DNA of 64,000 nt from an uncultured Bacteroidales bacterium (GTDB lineage Bacteria; Bacteroidota; Bacteroidia; Bacteroidales; UBA11471): the NCBI GenBank assembly GCA_947589325.1, contig CANQAM010000003.1, positions 16,959-80,958 of the forward strand, read 5' to 3'. The notes beneath the pieces were generated by a model, which was not told the DNA's origin, searched no databases, and worked only from the letters and a program-made list of their open reading frames with translations. How positions within the stretch are numbered: position 1 is the first letter of the stretch; each line of letters starts with the position of its first letter. This document shows positions 41,260 through 55,459 of this stretch, piece by piece. A program made the position numbers and the translations under genes.

Positions 41260-43188
41260 TTATTTTCCCAAGTCTTCGTACATCATCAACAGGTGCGAGG
41301 CGCTCCAACTGAAATGTGGTGCCTGCAAACGTTCGCCATTGTGAGTGCCGTAGTTTTCATGGATAGGGGCATCTCCTGTCAGTCCTTGGCAACGGTCGAA
41401 TACCTGCTGCGTATACCGATCGGCAAGGTCTTTGTAGCCGTAATTGCGCAAGCCTTTGATTGCCTGATAAGTCTGGTCGAGCCATATAGGTCCTCTCCAA
41501 TAACCGTTCGGATCACATTGCGGATTGTCGGCTGCGGCTGTCGGGAAAGGAATGTATGTCGAAAACTTGGTCGTGTCGGTAAACAAAGCAAGTGCTTTTT
41601 CCATTTGTTCTTTACTGGCTATTTGCACCCAAAACGGTGTATAGCCTTCACATGCAGGTTCTTCGATGAAACTTTCGTTTGGAATACGCCGGTCGCAGAA
41701 CCAGCCGATTTTATCGTCAAAAAAATAGTCTGCCACTTTATTGATATAGTCCGGTCCGTCGAACGTGTTGCCTGTAAGTTTGGCAAATTTCTTCAACAAC
41801 CGGCATTCAAATGCCAGATAAGCGTTCAGGTCTATGCTTTCTTGGTTCAGGCTCCATGCGTCAGGTCCGTTCTTCAACATTGTTGCCTGATCAAAACGGA
41901 TAGCATTATCCATGCCACTTTCCCATCGGGCTGCCTCTAACGTACCATCTGTGGCTCCGAATTCACACATACCGTTGCGGTTATGGTCACGTTTCTTGTA
42001 CCACCATTTATAATATGCTAACAGTTGGGGATACATTTCTTTTACGAAAGCAGTGTCTTGGTTGTGTGCAAAGATTTCATCTACTGCCCAGCATACCAAA
42101 GGCGGTTTGCTGTCGCGAGCGTTGTTTTCTGCCGGATCGGTATAGATGCAGTCGATAATCATGCCATCGGGCAGCTGATAATCGAACATGGCACGGATGT
42201 TATTTTTGGCCAGTTCGGGAGCGAAACGTACCAGAGCTGCCGAGAAACGCCAGCTGTCCCATGCCCAAAAGCCAATGAAATAAGGTACGGCGTGGCTGGG
42301 AATAACCCCTTCGTGCAATAATCCTTCGCGGTGTGTACGCCAGTTGGATATCAAAGTAACAACCGATTTTACGGCAATCCGGTCGTATTCGTGTTTCAAG
42401 TCGTTGCGAAGGATTTTTTGCAGGTATTCTTGCCAACGTTCTGCATTGGCTGTCAATGCCGGTTGCGGGTTTTGCAGGAGGGCAATACTTCGCTGAGTAC
42501 CGGAGGCAAGTTCTTCATCGGTGAAGTAGAAGGACAAAGCGACATAAGTCTGCCGGCAGTCCGGTTGGGTGTGTGCCGTATAGTGTTTCCCATCGCAGTT
42601 TAGTGTCACATCGGGCATAAAAGTCAGTTGCACGATTTCCCCATTCGGGTGATATGCGGTGATGTTTTGGTTTTCTTGTTTCAATGTTACTTGGCTGTTC
42701 CATTCTTTGTCGTTGAAACTGAAACCGTAATCGGCATCGCTGGACACTTGCAGCAAAGCTGTCGTGTTGTTTACGAAATTCATTCGCTGTTCGATGCTCC
42801 CCGAAGCCGAAGAAGATTTCATATAGATTTCACCGGGGAAGTAAGAGACAGAATCGGGTACCCATGCCTCTGTTTTGTCTGCGAAATGGACTTCTATGGC
42901 TGACAGGGCAAACCAGATACGATTGTCGATACTGAACGGACCGCAAAAGCCGTTTATCCATTTCTCTGCTTGTGGAAGGGTAAAGCCCATCCACGAACCT
43001 GCATCGGTAAAACAGCCGACACGGCGTATGGTAGAGTCGGGTGTGAGTGAAATATTCAGTATATTCCCGAAATTATAGCGTAAGGCATCTGTCTGTAACT
43101 TTTCCATTGTTGGGGTACAGGCATAAAATCCGGTTGTCAGGCTGGCGAATAGCCAGATTTTGAAAATTGTCTTTTTCAAGGTAAACAT
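41260..43188 (-). CDS. (alpha/alpha)6 six-hairpin glycoside hydrolase, GH63/GH37 trehalase-like (MGH1-like)
   Basis: Lipoprotein-type signal (TTGFYAC), C-terminal barrel motifs FWAWDSWR, PPLVCWAV, YWRGPIWLDQTYQAIKGL typical of GH63/trehalase-like enzymes. The family assignment is from memory of the motifs. Confidence 0.75.
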   Translation of the reverse strand: MFTLKKTIFKIWLFASLTTGFYACTPTMEKLQTDALRYNFGNILNISLTPDSTIRRVGCFTDAGSWMGFTLPQAEKWINGFCGPFSIDNRIWFALSAIEVHFADKTEAWVPDSVSYFPGEIYMKSSSASGSIEQRMNFVNNTTALLQVSSDADYGFSFNDKEWNSQVTLKQENQNITAYHPNGEIVQLTFMPDVTLNCDGKHYTAHTQPDCRQTYVALSFYFTDEELASGTQRSIALLQNPQPALTANAERWQEYLQKILRNDLKHEYDRIAVKSVVTLISNWRTHREGLLHEGVIPSHAVPYFIGFWAWDSWRFSAALVRFAPELAKNNIRAMFDYQLPDGMIIDCIYTDPAENNARDSKPPLVCWAVDEIFAHNQDTAFVKEMYPQLLAYYKWWYKKRDHNRNGMCEFGATDGTLEAARWESGMDNAIRFDQATMLKNGPDAWSLNQESIDLNAYLAFECRLLKKFAKLTGNTFDGPDYINKVADYFFDDKIGWFCDRRIPNESFIEEPACEGYTPFWVQIASKEQMEKALALFTDTTKFSTYIPFPTAAADNPQCDPNGYWRGPIWLDQTYQAIKGLRNYGYKDLADRYTQQVFDRCQGLTGDAPIHENYGTHNGERLQAPHFSWSASHLLMMYEDLGK

Positions 43189-43284
43189 ATTATTCGATTC
43201 TTTAATTTGTTAAAATGAATATCTCCCAATGTCGGTAGATAAAACAGGCAACTTCTTTTAACCCCTTATTGGTAAAATGCAAAC

Positions 43285-47086
<3,802 letters not shown>

Positions 47087-47090
<4 letters not shown>

Positions 47091-47365
47091 GCTTCGTCTC
47101 CTTTCCTCTTATATAATATTTTCCATAAGATCCACGCAGTCAGACAGCTTCCGAGAACGGCGGCTATGGTAAGAGTCAAAGCCTCCACCCCTAATGTGGC
47201 AAGTCCTTCGATAATCTGTTTGTTACTCCCGACTTCTATGCCCAGCAAGAACAGCAGCACCCAGATCAATGCTGTGATAATGCCGTGTATTCTTGGCAAC
47301 TGCTGCTTGCGGAGCAAGAAACCGATGCCCATACCTCCTAACATAAGTCCGATAACTGTAAACAT
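47087..47365 (-). CDS. LysO/DUF340 family small membrane protein
   Basis: 92-aa, 3-TM protein. ATGA overlap with the downstream DUF340 gene, i.e. a split LysO arrangement. Confidence 0.65.
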
Positions 47366-47390
47366 AATCCTTTATTCTTGTCTTTTTCGG

Positions 47391-47398
47391 CAAAAATA
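47391..47398 (-). promoter_or_regulatory. -7 promoter motif (TATTTTTG on minus strand) upstream of the LysO-like genes
   Basis: Plus-strand caaaaata, 26 nt upstream of ATG 47365. Confidence 0.4.
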
Positions 47399-47404
47399 AT
47401 CAAT

Positions 47405-47436
47405 CCCGTCCGAAATTTCTTTATTATTCGGACGGG
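47405..47436 (-). terminator. Terminator hairpin after susD (minus strand)
   Basis: Perfect 10-bp stem cccgtccgaa/ttcggacggg 10 nt past the susD stop. Only a modest T-run follows on the minus strand. Confidence 0.55.
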
Positions 47437-47445
47437 GAAAGAGAA

Positions 47446-48960
47446 TTATTGTTGAACAGACGGGTTCGCGTCAAGCTCCCATTTCGGTATCGGGTAGAAC
47501 AACTTACTGTTGTCAAATCCCGTGCGCCCTGCCGCTTGCATTCGTTCGGCTGTTACCTGCCAACGGCGCATGTCATACCAGCGGTAGCTTTCCAACGGAA
47601 ATTCCAAGATACGTTCATGTTCTATTTGAGCTTTTACGGTTTCGTAGCTGCTGTTGTTAGGAATTCCCACCATGCCTCCGTGGGTGGTGCGTACTTCGTT
47701 GATGTAAGGAATGGCTTTACCGGTTTGACCTTGTTCGTTCAATGTTTCTGCCATCATCAGCAATACGTTGGCGTAACGCATGAGTGGAATGTTGAAGTCG
47801 CACGATTCCTGCATGTCTTCTGCTGTCGGGCTGATAAATTTGCGGAAAACGGGTTTGTCGATTGTGAAACGTTCATCGTAGTCTAGACCTAATACTTTGC
47901 CGGTTCCGTCATTATAATACGGACAACGGAAGAACAGGGTGTTGTACATACGGTTGTCGTACAATCCGTCAGCTTTTTCTCCTTCTTTCATATATTCTTC
48001 CACGAGCATATCGCTGGGCAGTATTTCGTCCCAGCCTCCCAGTTCGGTTGCCCCCATCCATTGGTTGATGTAAGAATAGTGTCTCGAGCCGTTTGCTTTA
48101 CTTGCCGAGTATTGCGCTTCAAAGATGGATTCGGGGCAATTCTTGTTGGTGCCATTGAACATACCGATAAGATTGTCGCCACTTACCAATGCATATTTGC
48201 CGCTATTGATGACTTGACGGAACGCATCGGCAGCTTCGGTCAGGTAAGTCGTTTTTTGTGCGGATTCTTCGTAAGCACGGGTCAGATAAGCCAGACCTAA
48301 ATAAGAGTAAGCTGTACCGCTTGTTGCGCGTCCCAGTTCCTCAACGTTGCGCGACTGAGGCAGGTTGGTGGCTTGTTTCAGTTCTTCGATGATGAAGTCC
48401 CAGCATACCGTACGTTCGGACAGCGGTTTGTTCAATTGGCCGGTTTCGGTAATGTATTCGTCACGGATGATGATTTTTTCCCAGTTCAGCAACAACATCA
48501 GGTGATAGTAGCCGCGTAGGAAATGTGCTTCATCTAAGATAATGTTACGGGCGTTTTCGTCAATTTGTTCTGCTGAGATGTTGGGAACATTGGCAATGAC
48601 TTGGTTGGCGAAATTGATTCCCCGACACAAATCTTGGTAGTAATACGAAAATTGTGTGTTGCCATTAGTATACGTGAAGTTATACAAAGCCACCCATTGG
48701 TCGTAGTTTCCCGCATCGCTGCCCAAGTTTACGATGTCGGCACGATATTCTTCGGTTGGCCAACGTACTTCGCTGGTGGCGTACGTGTCGCCATGATACA
48801 ATTGCGAATAAACGGCGGCCAAACCGGCTTCGGCGTCTGATTGGTCTCTCCAATAATTGCCGGTGGTCAGTTCGTCCGGTGAGCTGACTGTCAGGAAGTC
48901 CTCGCATGAAGTGAACGACAAGGCGAGGCATATACTTGTTAATGATAAAAACGTTTTCAT
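47446..48960 (-). CDS. susD: SusD/RagB family nutrient-binding outer-membrane lipoprotein
   Basis: Lipobox LALSFTSC, TPR-like SusD body, directly downstream of the SusC-like gene. Confidence 0.92.
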   Translation of the reverse strand: MKTFLSLTSICLALSFTSCEDFLTVSSPDELTTGNYWRDQSDAEAGLAAVYSQLYHGDTYATSEVRWPTEEYRADIVNLGSDAGNYDQWVALYNFTYTNGNTQFSYYYQDLCRGINFANQVIANVPNISAEQIDENARNIILDEAHFLRGYYHLMLLLNWEKIIIRDEYITETGQLNKPLSERTVCWDFIIEELKQATNLPQSRNVEELGRATSGTAYSYLGLAYLTRAYEESAQKTTYLTEAADAFRQVINSGKYALVSGDNLIGMFNGTNKNCPESIFEAQYSASKANGSRHYSYINQWMGATELGGWDEILPSDMLVEEYMKEGEKADGLYDNRMYNTLFFRCPYYNDGTGKVLGLDYDERFTIDKPVFRKFISPTAEDMQESCDFNIPLMRYANVLLMMAETLNEQGQTGKAIPYINEVRTTHGGMVGIPNNSSYETVKAQIEHERILEFPLESYRWYDMRRWQVTAERMQAAGRTGFDNSKLFYPIPKWELDANPSVQQ

Positions 48961-48981
48961 ATTTATGTGTTTTTATAAGGG

Positions 48982-51900
48982 TTAGAAAATCAGTTGAGCA
49001 CCTACGGTGAACGAACGAGTGAAGGGATAGATGTAGCTGTCGATGCCGGTATCCAGCGGGCTGCTGCGGGCAAACTCGGGATCGGTGCCCGAATACTTTG
49101 TAATCGTGAACAGATTTTCTCCACTGACGTAGAAACGCAATCTTTCGATGTGTATCTTTTGCAGCCGCAAGGTCGGTAGGCTATATCCTAATTGTGCTTG
49201 GCGCAGGCGTACGAAATTCCCCTTTTCCAAAAAACGATCTGATTCACGAGCGTTGCGGTTCGGGTCATTTAATACGGCGCGAGGTGTGTCGGTATTTGTA
49301 TTGCTCGGTGTCCATGCGTCCAGTACACTGGTCAGCATATTACCCGGTGTCTGCATACTTTCGTAATAGTAGCGGTTACCGTTGAACAACTTGTGACCCC
49401 ATGCGCTGCCGAAGTCCAAGGACAAGTCAAAACCTTTGTAACTTGCCGAGAAGTTGAAGTTGGCTTCCACTTTCGGAATACCTGTACCACAATATTCACG
49501 GTCGCTTTCATCTAATACGCCGTCTCCGTTGATGTCTTTGAAGCGAATGTCTCCTGCTTTTGCATTGGGTTGCAGGGGTTCGCCTTGTGCGTTTACATAG
49601 GCGGCTGCTTCTGCATCGCTTTGGAAAATACCGTCGGTGCGATACAGGTAGAAAGCACTGATAGGTTTACCTTCCATGGCGTATGCCGGCGTATAGTCGG
49701 TGCCGTATATCAAACCGGTGCAATACAATGCTTGTCCTTTGTCGGCAAGATTTACTACTTCGTTGTGAGTGGTGCTCAGGTTGAATCCGATGCTATAATT
49801 GAAGTCTTTTACTTTGTCTGCCCAAGTGATTTCCAATTCAAAACCACGGTTGCGGATTTTGCCGACATTCAGAATCGGGTTCTCGTATCCGACAGAAGGT
49901 GGAAGACGTTTGGTAATAAGCAAGTCTTCTGTTTGGTTGATATAGTAGTTGAGGCTACCGGTCAGTCGTTTATGGAACATTGCATAGTCGAAGCCGATGT
50001 TTTTTGTATCGGTCGTTTCCCATTTCAGGTCGTTACGTGGCATATTCCAAGCGATGGCTCCTGCCCATGGGTTGCTTCCGCTTCCTTGTACGTAGCCGCC
50101 ATAATACGTGTTATAAGTAGAAATCAAGGCTTGGAAGTCGTAATAGCCCAAAGCACTTTCGTTACCCAGACGTCCCCAGCTGACACGGAATTTCAAGTTA
50201 TCGACAAATGTATTTTTAGGGAAGAATTTTTCTTGACTGATTTGCCAGCCAAAAGCTACTGAGGGGAAACACCCCCAACGGTTGTCCTTGCCAAACTTGG
50301 AAGAACCATCGTAACGGATAGTCGCTTGTACCAAGTAGCGGTCATTATAATTATAGTTGATACGACCGAAGAAAGACGCTCGATTGTAAGCCCATTCTGT
50401 TCCGTTGCCCGAATAGGTACCGCCTTTTCCGGCATTGATGGTTGGAAAGTTCGGGTCGAGGAAGCCCGCAGGAACATTTGTGGAAACAAGGTTTCCGTTA
50501 CTATCTACGGTATATTGGGTAGCAAAACCCTCTACACCTACGCCGTTGTTACGTTGCTTGGTTGCCGTGATTGATGAACCGACCATAACATTCAAGCTGT
50601 TTTTCCTGAACTCTTTGTTGAAGTTCAACACATTATCGAAAGTTTGTTCTTCCCAGTAATAAGTCGATTCCGAACTGTACGGATACAAATTAGGCTGGTT
50701 GCCATTGGATATGTAATCGGGATAGTGCTCATTCTGGCGATAGTGTGTGCCGCGGTAAGCATAACTGGTCTTAAAGTTCAGCCACGGGGCGAAGCGGATA
50801 CCGAGCGAAGTATTCGCCGTCATATAATAATAACGTTCTGTTTCTTTATGGTAATAATAGTCTGCCATCGGGTTGTTATTCACCGGAAGTCCTTGAGAAG
50901 AAGTCAGGCCGAAACCATATTTTTCATTTTCATCATATACAGGGACCAACGGTGAGATGTTGTACATCTCGCGCAGAGAATAGGTCGGTTGGAGATTTTT
51001 CGTATAACGGAAGCCCAAATTGGCGTCTATGTCAAAGATGTATTTGCTCATGTGCATTTTCATGCGGGCATTGTCTTGACGGAAATCGTTGCCCAGAAAG
51101 ATTCCTCTTTCATCTGCGTGGTTGTAAGAAGCCGAGTATTGTGCTGTTTCACCGCCTCCACGTACGCTGAGCATGTAATTTTGCGCGAAACCGTTACGCA
51201 TCATTTCGTCTTGCCAATTGGTATCTACGCCTGTATCGCCGGTGCAGTAAGCCGGAATATCTGTTGCTCGTCCTGCGTTTTCATACATGGTCTTAATCAT
51301 GGACTTGTATTGTTCCGCATTGACAAACTTTTGTTTTTTGGCTGCATTGGTAAAACTCAAATACGTATTGAAGTCGATATGTGTTTTCCCTTTCTTACCG
51401 TTTTTGGTCGTGATGATGATGACGCCGTTGGCGGCAACGGAGCCGTAGATGGCTGCGGCTGCACCGTCTTTCAGGATTTCCATAGATTGAATATCTACGG
51501 GGTTAATGCCGTTGATGTCGCCGGGGAACCCATCAATGATGTACAGCGGTTCATTGTTGCCGAATGACTTTACACCACGGATTTTAACCGAAACGCCTGC
51601 ACCGGCATTACCGCCCGAACGCATGATATTCACACCGGCCACTTTCCCTTGCAGGGCTTCAGCCGGATTGGTTGTCGTACGTTTGATTAGTTCGTCGGTA
51701 TCTACCGATGAAATCGCACCCGTCATGTCGCTTTTTTTCATCGTACCGTAGCCGATAACGACGATTTCGTCCAACATTTCAGTGTCCTCTTTCAACATAA
51801 TCTTAAAAGAGGTCTTGTTGTGGACCGGAATCTCTTGTGTTTCTAAGCCTACATAAGAGATGACCAGTGTGCCTTGGGGAGACATCTTCAAGGTGAAGTT

Positions 51901-52089
51901 GCCGTCAGTGTCTGTAAAGGCGCCGTTGGTAGTACCTTTTTCCAATACGCTTGCTCCGATAATTGTCATACCGGAGGGATCTAATACTGTTCCTTTCACT
52001 TGGATTGTCTGTGCAAGTCCCGAAGCCGGAAGCAGTAAAGCCAGCAAGAATGTCCATTGCCATGCTTTCACTCGAATCTTGTTTTTCAT
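48982..52089 (-). CDS. susC: SusC/RagA family TonB-linked outer-membrane transporter
   Basis: Signal peptide, carboxypeptidase-regulatory-like N-domain (IQVKGTVLDPSGMTIIGASV), plug with DEIVVIGYGTMKKSDMTGAIS, 1035 aa, C-terminal ...FTVGAQLIF. Confidence 0.93.
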   Translation of the reverse strand: MKNKIRVKAWQWTFLLALLLPASGLAQTIQVKGTVLDPSGMTIIGASVLEKGTTNGAFTDTDGNFTLKMSPQGTLVISYVGLETQEIPVHNKTSFKIMLKEDTEMLDEIVVIGYGTMKKSDMTGAISSVDTDELIKRTTTNPAEALQGKVAGVNIMRSGGNAGAGVSVKIRGVKSFGNNEPLYIIDGFPGDINGINPVDIQSMEILKDGAAAAIYGSVAANGVIIITTKNGKKGKTHIDFNTYLSFTNAAKKQKFVNAEQYKSMIKTMYENAGRATDIPAYCTGDTGVDTNWQDEMMRNGFAQNYMLSVRGGGETAQYSASYNHADERGIFLGNDFRQDNARMKMHMSKYIFDIDANLGFRYTKNLQPTYSLREMYNISPLVPVYDENEKYGFGLTSSQGLPVNNNPMADYYYHKETERYYYMTANTSLGIRFAPWLNFKTSYAYRGTHYRQNEHYPDYISNGNQPNLYPYSSESTYYWEEQTFDNVLNFNKEFRKNSLNVMVGSSITATKQRNNGVGVEGFATQYTVDSNGNLVSTNVPAGFLDPNFPTINAGKGGTYSGNGTEWAYNRASFFGRINYNYNDRYLVQATIRYDGSSKFGKDNRWGCFPSVAFGWQISQEKFFPKNTFVDNLKFRVSWGRLGNESALGYYDFQALISTYNTYYGGYVQGSGSNPWAGAIAWNMPRNDLKWETTDTKNIGFDYAMFHKRLTGSLNYYINQTEDLLITKRLPPSVGYENPILNVGKIRNRGFELEITWADKVKDFNYSIGFNLSTTHNEVVNLADKGQALYCTGLIYGTDYTPAYAMEGKPISAFYLYRTDGIFQSDAEAAAYVNAQGEPLQPNAKAGDIRFKDINGDGVLDESDREYCGTGIPKVEANFNFSASYKGFDLSLDFGSAWGHKLFNGNRYYYESMQTPGNMLTSVLDAWTPSNTNTDTPRAVLNDPNRNARESDRFLEKGNFVRLRQAQLGYSLPTLRLQKIHIERLRFYVSGENLFTITKYSGTDPEFARSSPLDTGIDSYIYPFTRSFTVGAQLIF

Positions 52090-52346
52090 TGTTTTTTTTA
52101 GTAATGGTTTGTTTGCTTTTTGACATGGGCAAATATGTGAAAAAGAAAAAGGAATGAATGTTTTTATTTGCTACAAACTATCTACACAGTGAATTTTGTA
52201 GGTATATTTAATATCTACATAATAAAATGTATTTAGCTGATAATAATATTATTACTTTTATTTATTGTATCTACAAAAAGATGTTTTACTCCCCTTGCGA
52301 GAAGACGGAGCTTCAAGTGCCATGGAAGTCTGTGTCAGAAAGTTTT

Positions 52347-53966
52347 TCAGATGCTTTGTATGTATGCGATAAGGTCTGTTTTGCCCGAAAGCCCCAACGA
52401 TTTGCGCAGACGGTAACGGTTCATGTTGATGGTCTTGGGCGTGTTGCCGGTCAGCATGGCGATTTCTTTGGTTGAGAGATTGACGCGCAAAAGGCTTGCC
52501 AAATGCTTTTCACCTTGTGTCAGGTTGGGGTGGCGTTTCGTCAGGTGGGCAAGAAATTCGTTGGTCTTTTCGTTGATGGTATTAAGAGTCGTGCTGTTGT
52601 GCTTGTTCGTGGTCTGGTATTGGCGTATGAACGCATTGATGGTTTTTATGTGGCTTATCAGTTCGGGGTGTTCCATTCGATAGCCTTTGCGCACCTGTTC
52701 TTGTATCTTGTCGAGCAACTCGTTGCGGCTTTGCAGGAATACGGCAAAGTTCATCGTCTCTTCCTTGTTGGTAGCCAAAGCCTGCTGCACGTTTTCCAGT
52801 TCGGTTTTTTGCTGTTGCATTTTCAGTTTGGCTATTTCGTGCTCCGATTGTTCGATGCAGTATTGGGCGTTGAGCAATTGGATTTTCTTTTTGCGTTTGT
52901 AATGCAGGAACAACAATGTACCGATGATGGCAAGCAGAATGCCGGCGATGAGAAGGGTGATGATGTTGCGGCGTAGCAATTCGATTTTATAATTCTGTTT
53001 TTGCAATTCTTCCTTTTGCCGGTATGCCGCAAGTTTTTCTTGGCTGATGCGTTGTTCCACCGACCGCAGTTTATTGACGCTTTGGATTTCCTTGCTTAGG
53101 GCATACAGCGAATTTAGCTTTTGATAGGCGGTACGATAATCGCCGATGCCTTTGTAGGCGAGGGCGGCATATTCGTAGTTGTCGCAAATGATGCCTTTTG
53201 CTCCTACCTTCTTTGCCAGTTGATAGGCTTTCTCCAAAGCGGAAATGGCTTCGGTATAACGATGGGCATAGATATAGATTTTTCCTAAATTGTTATAGTT
53301 TTCGCTCAATGACCAGATAGCGTTCAAATGTTTGTTGATAACGATGGCTTCGTTTATCCATTTCAACTGTTCGTCGGTGTTCCCTTGATACAAGCAGAGG
53401 TTGTTCAGATTGGCAGCAATGTATTTTAAGTTTTTAGTAGAACGGTTGATGACCAATGCTTTTTTTAGGAAGTGGTCGGCTTGTTCAAATTCGTTGATAT
53501 AGGTGTGGATAATTCCCCGGGTGTTGTAGCATTGGGCAAGGTATACTGAATCGTTTTCAGTTTTGAAAAGCGATATAGCATTGTTACTCAGGGCGATGGC
53601 GCGGCTATAGTCTTCCAGATTCGCATAGACTAAACTCATCATGTTGTAAATGTTTCCCCGCAAGATGTTGTTGCCCTTAGGCAGGATTTCTTCGGCTTCG
53701 TACAACGCTTGGATACTATTGTCAAAATTTCCTTGCAAGCGTTCCGCCATGGCATAGACGTAAAGTGCTTGTGCCTCTTTTACGGGAGATGGAGCTTTGT
53801 CTTTGGCTTGCAGGGCATAATAAACGCTTTGTTGCGGATAGATGTATAAATCTTGTTCCGCTTTTTTCAATAAAGAATCGGTTTTATCCGTAATAGGGGC
53901 TTCGGTAAAGGCAAAGTTGAAGAAAACGGACAAGAACAGACAAAGTGTGATGCAGTGTTTCATCAT
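52347..53966 (-). CDS. Transmembrane one-component regulator: periplasmic TPR repeats, single TM helix, coiled coil, C-terminal LuxR/GerE-type HTH
   Basis: Signal peptide, multiple TPR-like repeats (YYALQAKD.., ALYEAEEIL.., AQCYNTRGIIH..), TM IITLLIAGILLAIIGTLLFL, C-terminal LTQGEKHLASLLRVNLSTKEIAMLTGNTPKTINMNRYRLRKSLGL. Start trimmed to MMKHCITL. Confidence 0.8.
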   Translation of the reverse strand: MMKHCITLCLFLSVFFNFAFTEAPITDKTDSLLKKAEQDLYIYPQQSVYYALQAKDKAPSPVKEAQALYVYAMAERLQGNFDNSIQALYEAEEILPKGNNILRGNIYNMMSLVYANLEDYSRAIALSNNAISLFKTENDSVYLAQCYNTRGIIHTYINEFEQADHFLKKALVINRSTKNLKYIAANLNNLCLYQGNTDEQLKWINEAIVINKHLNAIWSLSENYNNLGKIYIYAHRYTEAISALEKAYQLAKKVGAKGIICDNYEYAALAYKGIGDYRTAYQKLNSLYALSKEIQSVNKLRSVEQRISQEKLAAYRQKEELQKQNYKIELLRRNIITLLIAGILLAIIGTLLFLHYKRKKKIQLLNAQYCIEQSEHEIAKLKMQQQKTELENVQQALATNKEETMNFAVFLQSRNELLDKIQEQVRKGYRMEHPELISHIKTINAFIRQYQTTNKHNSTTLNTINEKTNEFLAHLTKRHPNLTQGEKHLASLLRVNLSTKEIAMLTGNTPKTINMNRYRLRKSLGLSGKTDLIAYIQSI

Positions 53967-54227
53967 AATTACAAAGATAGGAAAATTCTTTTGTGTTGCC
54001 AAGCCGAAAGGGAAGATTCGGTCGGCATTACAAAAGAAGATTGAAAAGCCGCTCTTTGGTAGACATGAGGTTGAGTTTTTTCGAGGGTGCTTATGTTTAA
54101 TAGTTTTTAATTATTCTTATCTTTCAAGTTTTTCCGGCCTCAATCCTTTCGTTGCACTCCGAAAGTACGAATGGCGTTACCGATTTTTATTTGCCGAATG
54201 GTTTTGAGAATTCTCGACAGGAAAAAA

Positions 54228-54959
54228 TCAGTACTGCGTGTCGGTGGAGAATTTTAGGCGGGTGGCGTCGAGTTGGCGGCTGACATTGAAATAGAAACCG
54301 CGTGTAGTGCCGATGAGGTCGTACACGCCGATGTAGTCGCACTGCGGCGGACAAAATTCGTAGGTGTCGGGCATGACGCCGAGCGTGTTCAACAGGTCGT
54401 AAGCGTGTTCGGGTGCGATGACGTACCATGCCGTTTCGGCGCTCTGCCCGTCGCCCGTCGAGAGTATGGCGTCGAGCAGGCGGTGCAGGCGTTCCCGCCA
54501 GAAAGCAGCGGCGTCGGCTTGCCCCGATAGGGTGTTTGCGTGAACCATTGCCGACATGCTCCGCAGGTCGAAAGGATTGTTATCTAACGAGCGGTGGGCG
54601 CATTTCAATAGGGCGGCACACGTTTCGGGCGGGTATTCTCCGCGCTTACAGAGCGAGTCGAGTTCTTCGGCGCAGGGCGACGTGCGGTAGGGGTCGTAGT
54701 CGTCTTGGAAAGAATATCCGAAGTAAAGATACCGGTAGTCGTCGGACGTCAGCGTGGTGTCGCCGTCGAGATAGCGCTGCATCAAAACGGGGAAGTAGTA
54801 GGGCGAGCCGATGTCGGCGATGCTCTTTTTTATCGCCTCCATATCGGGCGCGGCAACAGTCAGGGTGTCGGGATATTCGTGCGGAAGCGTGTGCCCGTGC
54901 ATCGCTGCGGGCAGGAAGAACAGGAGGAGGGAGAGTGTCGTTTTTAATCTTTTGTACAT
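54228..54959 (-). CDS. Secreted DUF4919-like protein, function unknown
   Basis: MYKRLKTTLSLLLFFLPAAMHG signal peptide. The family name is from memory. The track ORF (to 55508) was trimmed because its N-terminal part is an out-of-frame overlap of the phosphatase gene. Confidence 0.65.
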   Translation of the reverse strand: MYKRLKTTLSLLLFFLPAAMHGHTLPHEYPDTLTVAAPDMEAIKKSIADIGSPYYFPVLMQRYLDGDTTLTSDDYRYLYFGYSFQDDYDPYRTSPCAEELDSLCKRGEYPPETCAALLKCAHRSLDNNPFDLRSMSAMVHANTLSGQADAAAFWRERLHRLLDAILSTGDGQSAETAWYVIAPEHAYDLLNTLGVMPDTYEFCPPQCDYIGVYDLIGTTRGFYFNVSRQLDATRLKFSTDTQY

Positions 54960-55459
54960 GATGAATCGGGAAATAACGTTTCCAGCAGCCCCGCGCAGGC
55001 ATCTTCGAGCAGGTTGAGCACCAGCTCGAAGCCGTCGGCTCCGCTGTAATAAGGGTCGGGAACATGGTCGTGAGGGTAGTTTCGGCAATACTCCGTCATG
55101 CGGTGTATTTTTGACGAGGCGGCGAGGTCGGGTGCCAGTTCGCGCAGGTCGTCGATGTTTGCGTCGTCCATGCCTATCACGAGGTCGAAACGCTCGAAGT
55201 CGCCGGCGCCGATGCAGCGGGCATGGTGTTCGAGCAGATAGCCCCGACGGGCGGCGTGCGCCCGCATACGCGGGTCGGGCAGGCTGCCGGCGTGTCCGCC
55301 GTAGAATCCCGCCGAATCCACCTCCATGCGGTCGGTCAAACCCCGTTCCCGCAGCAGGTGGCGCATGATGCCTTCGGCAGCCGGCGAGCGGCAGATGTTG
55401 CCGAGGCATACGAACAGCACCCGATAGTGCGGAGCGGTATCGTTTGTGTGTTTCTCCAT
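54944..55459 (-). CDS. Low-molecular-weight protein-tyrosine phosphatase
   Basis: P-loop VLFVCLGNICRSPAAEG (CX5RS) and DPYY general-acid region. Start trimmed to MEKHTNDT. The 3' end overlaps the DUF4919-like start by 16 nt. Confidence 0.88.
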   Translation of the reverse strand: MEKHTNDTAPHYRVLFVCLGNICRSPAAEGIMRHLLRERGLTDRMEVDSAGFYGGHAGSLPDPRMRAHAARRGYLLEHHARCIGAGDFERFDLVIGMDDANIDDLRELAPDLAASSKIHRMTEYCRNYPHDHVPDPYYSGADGFELVLNLLEDACAGLLETLFPDSSCTKD

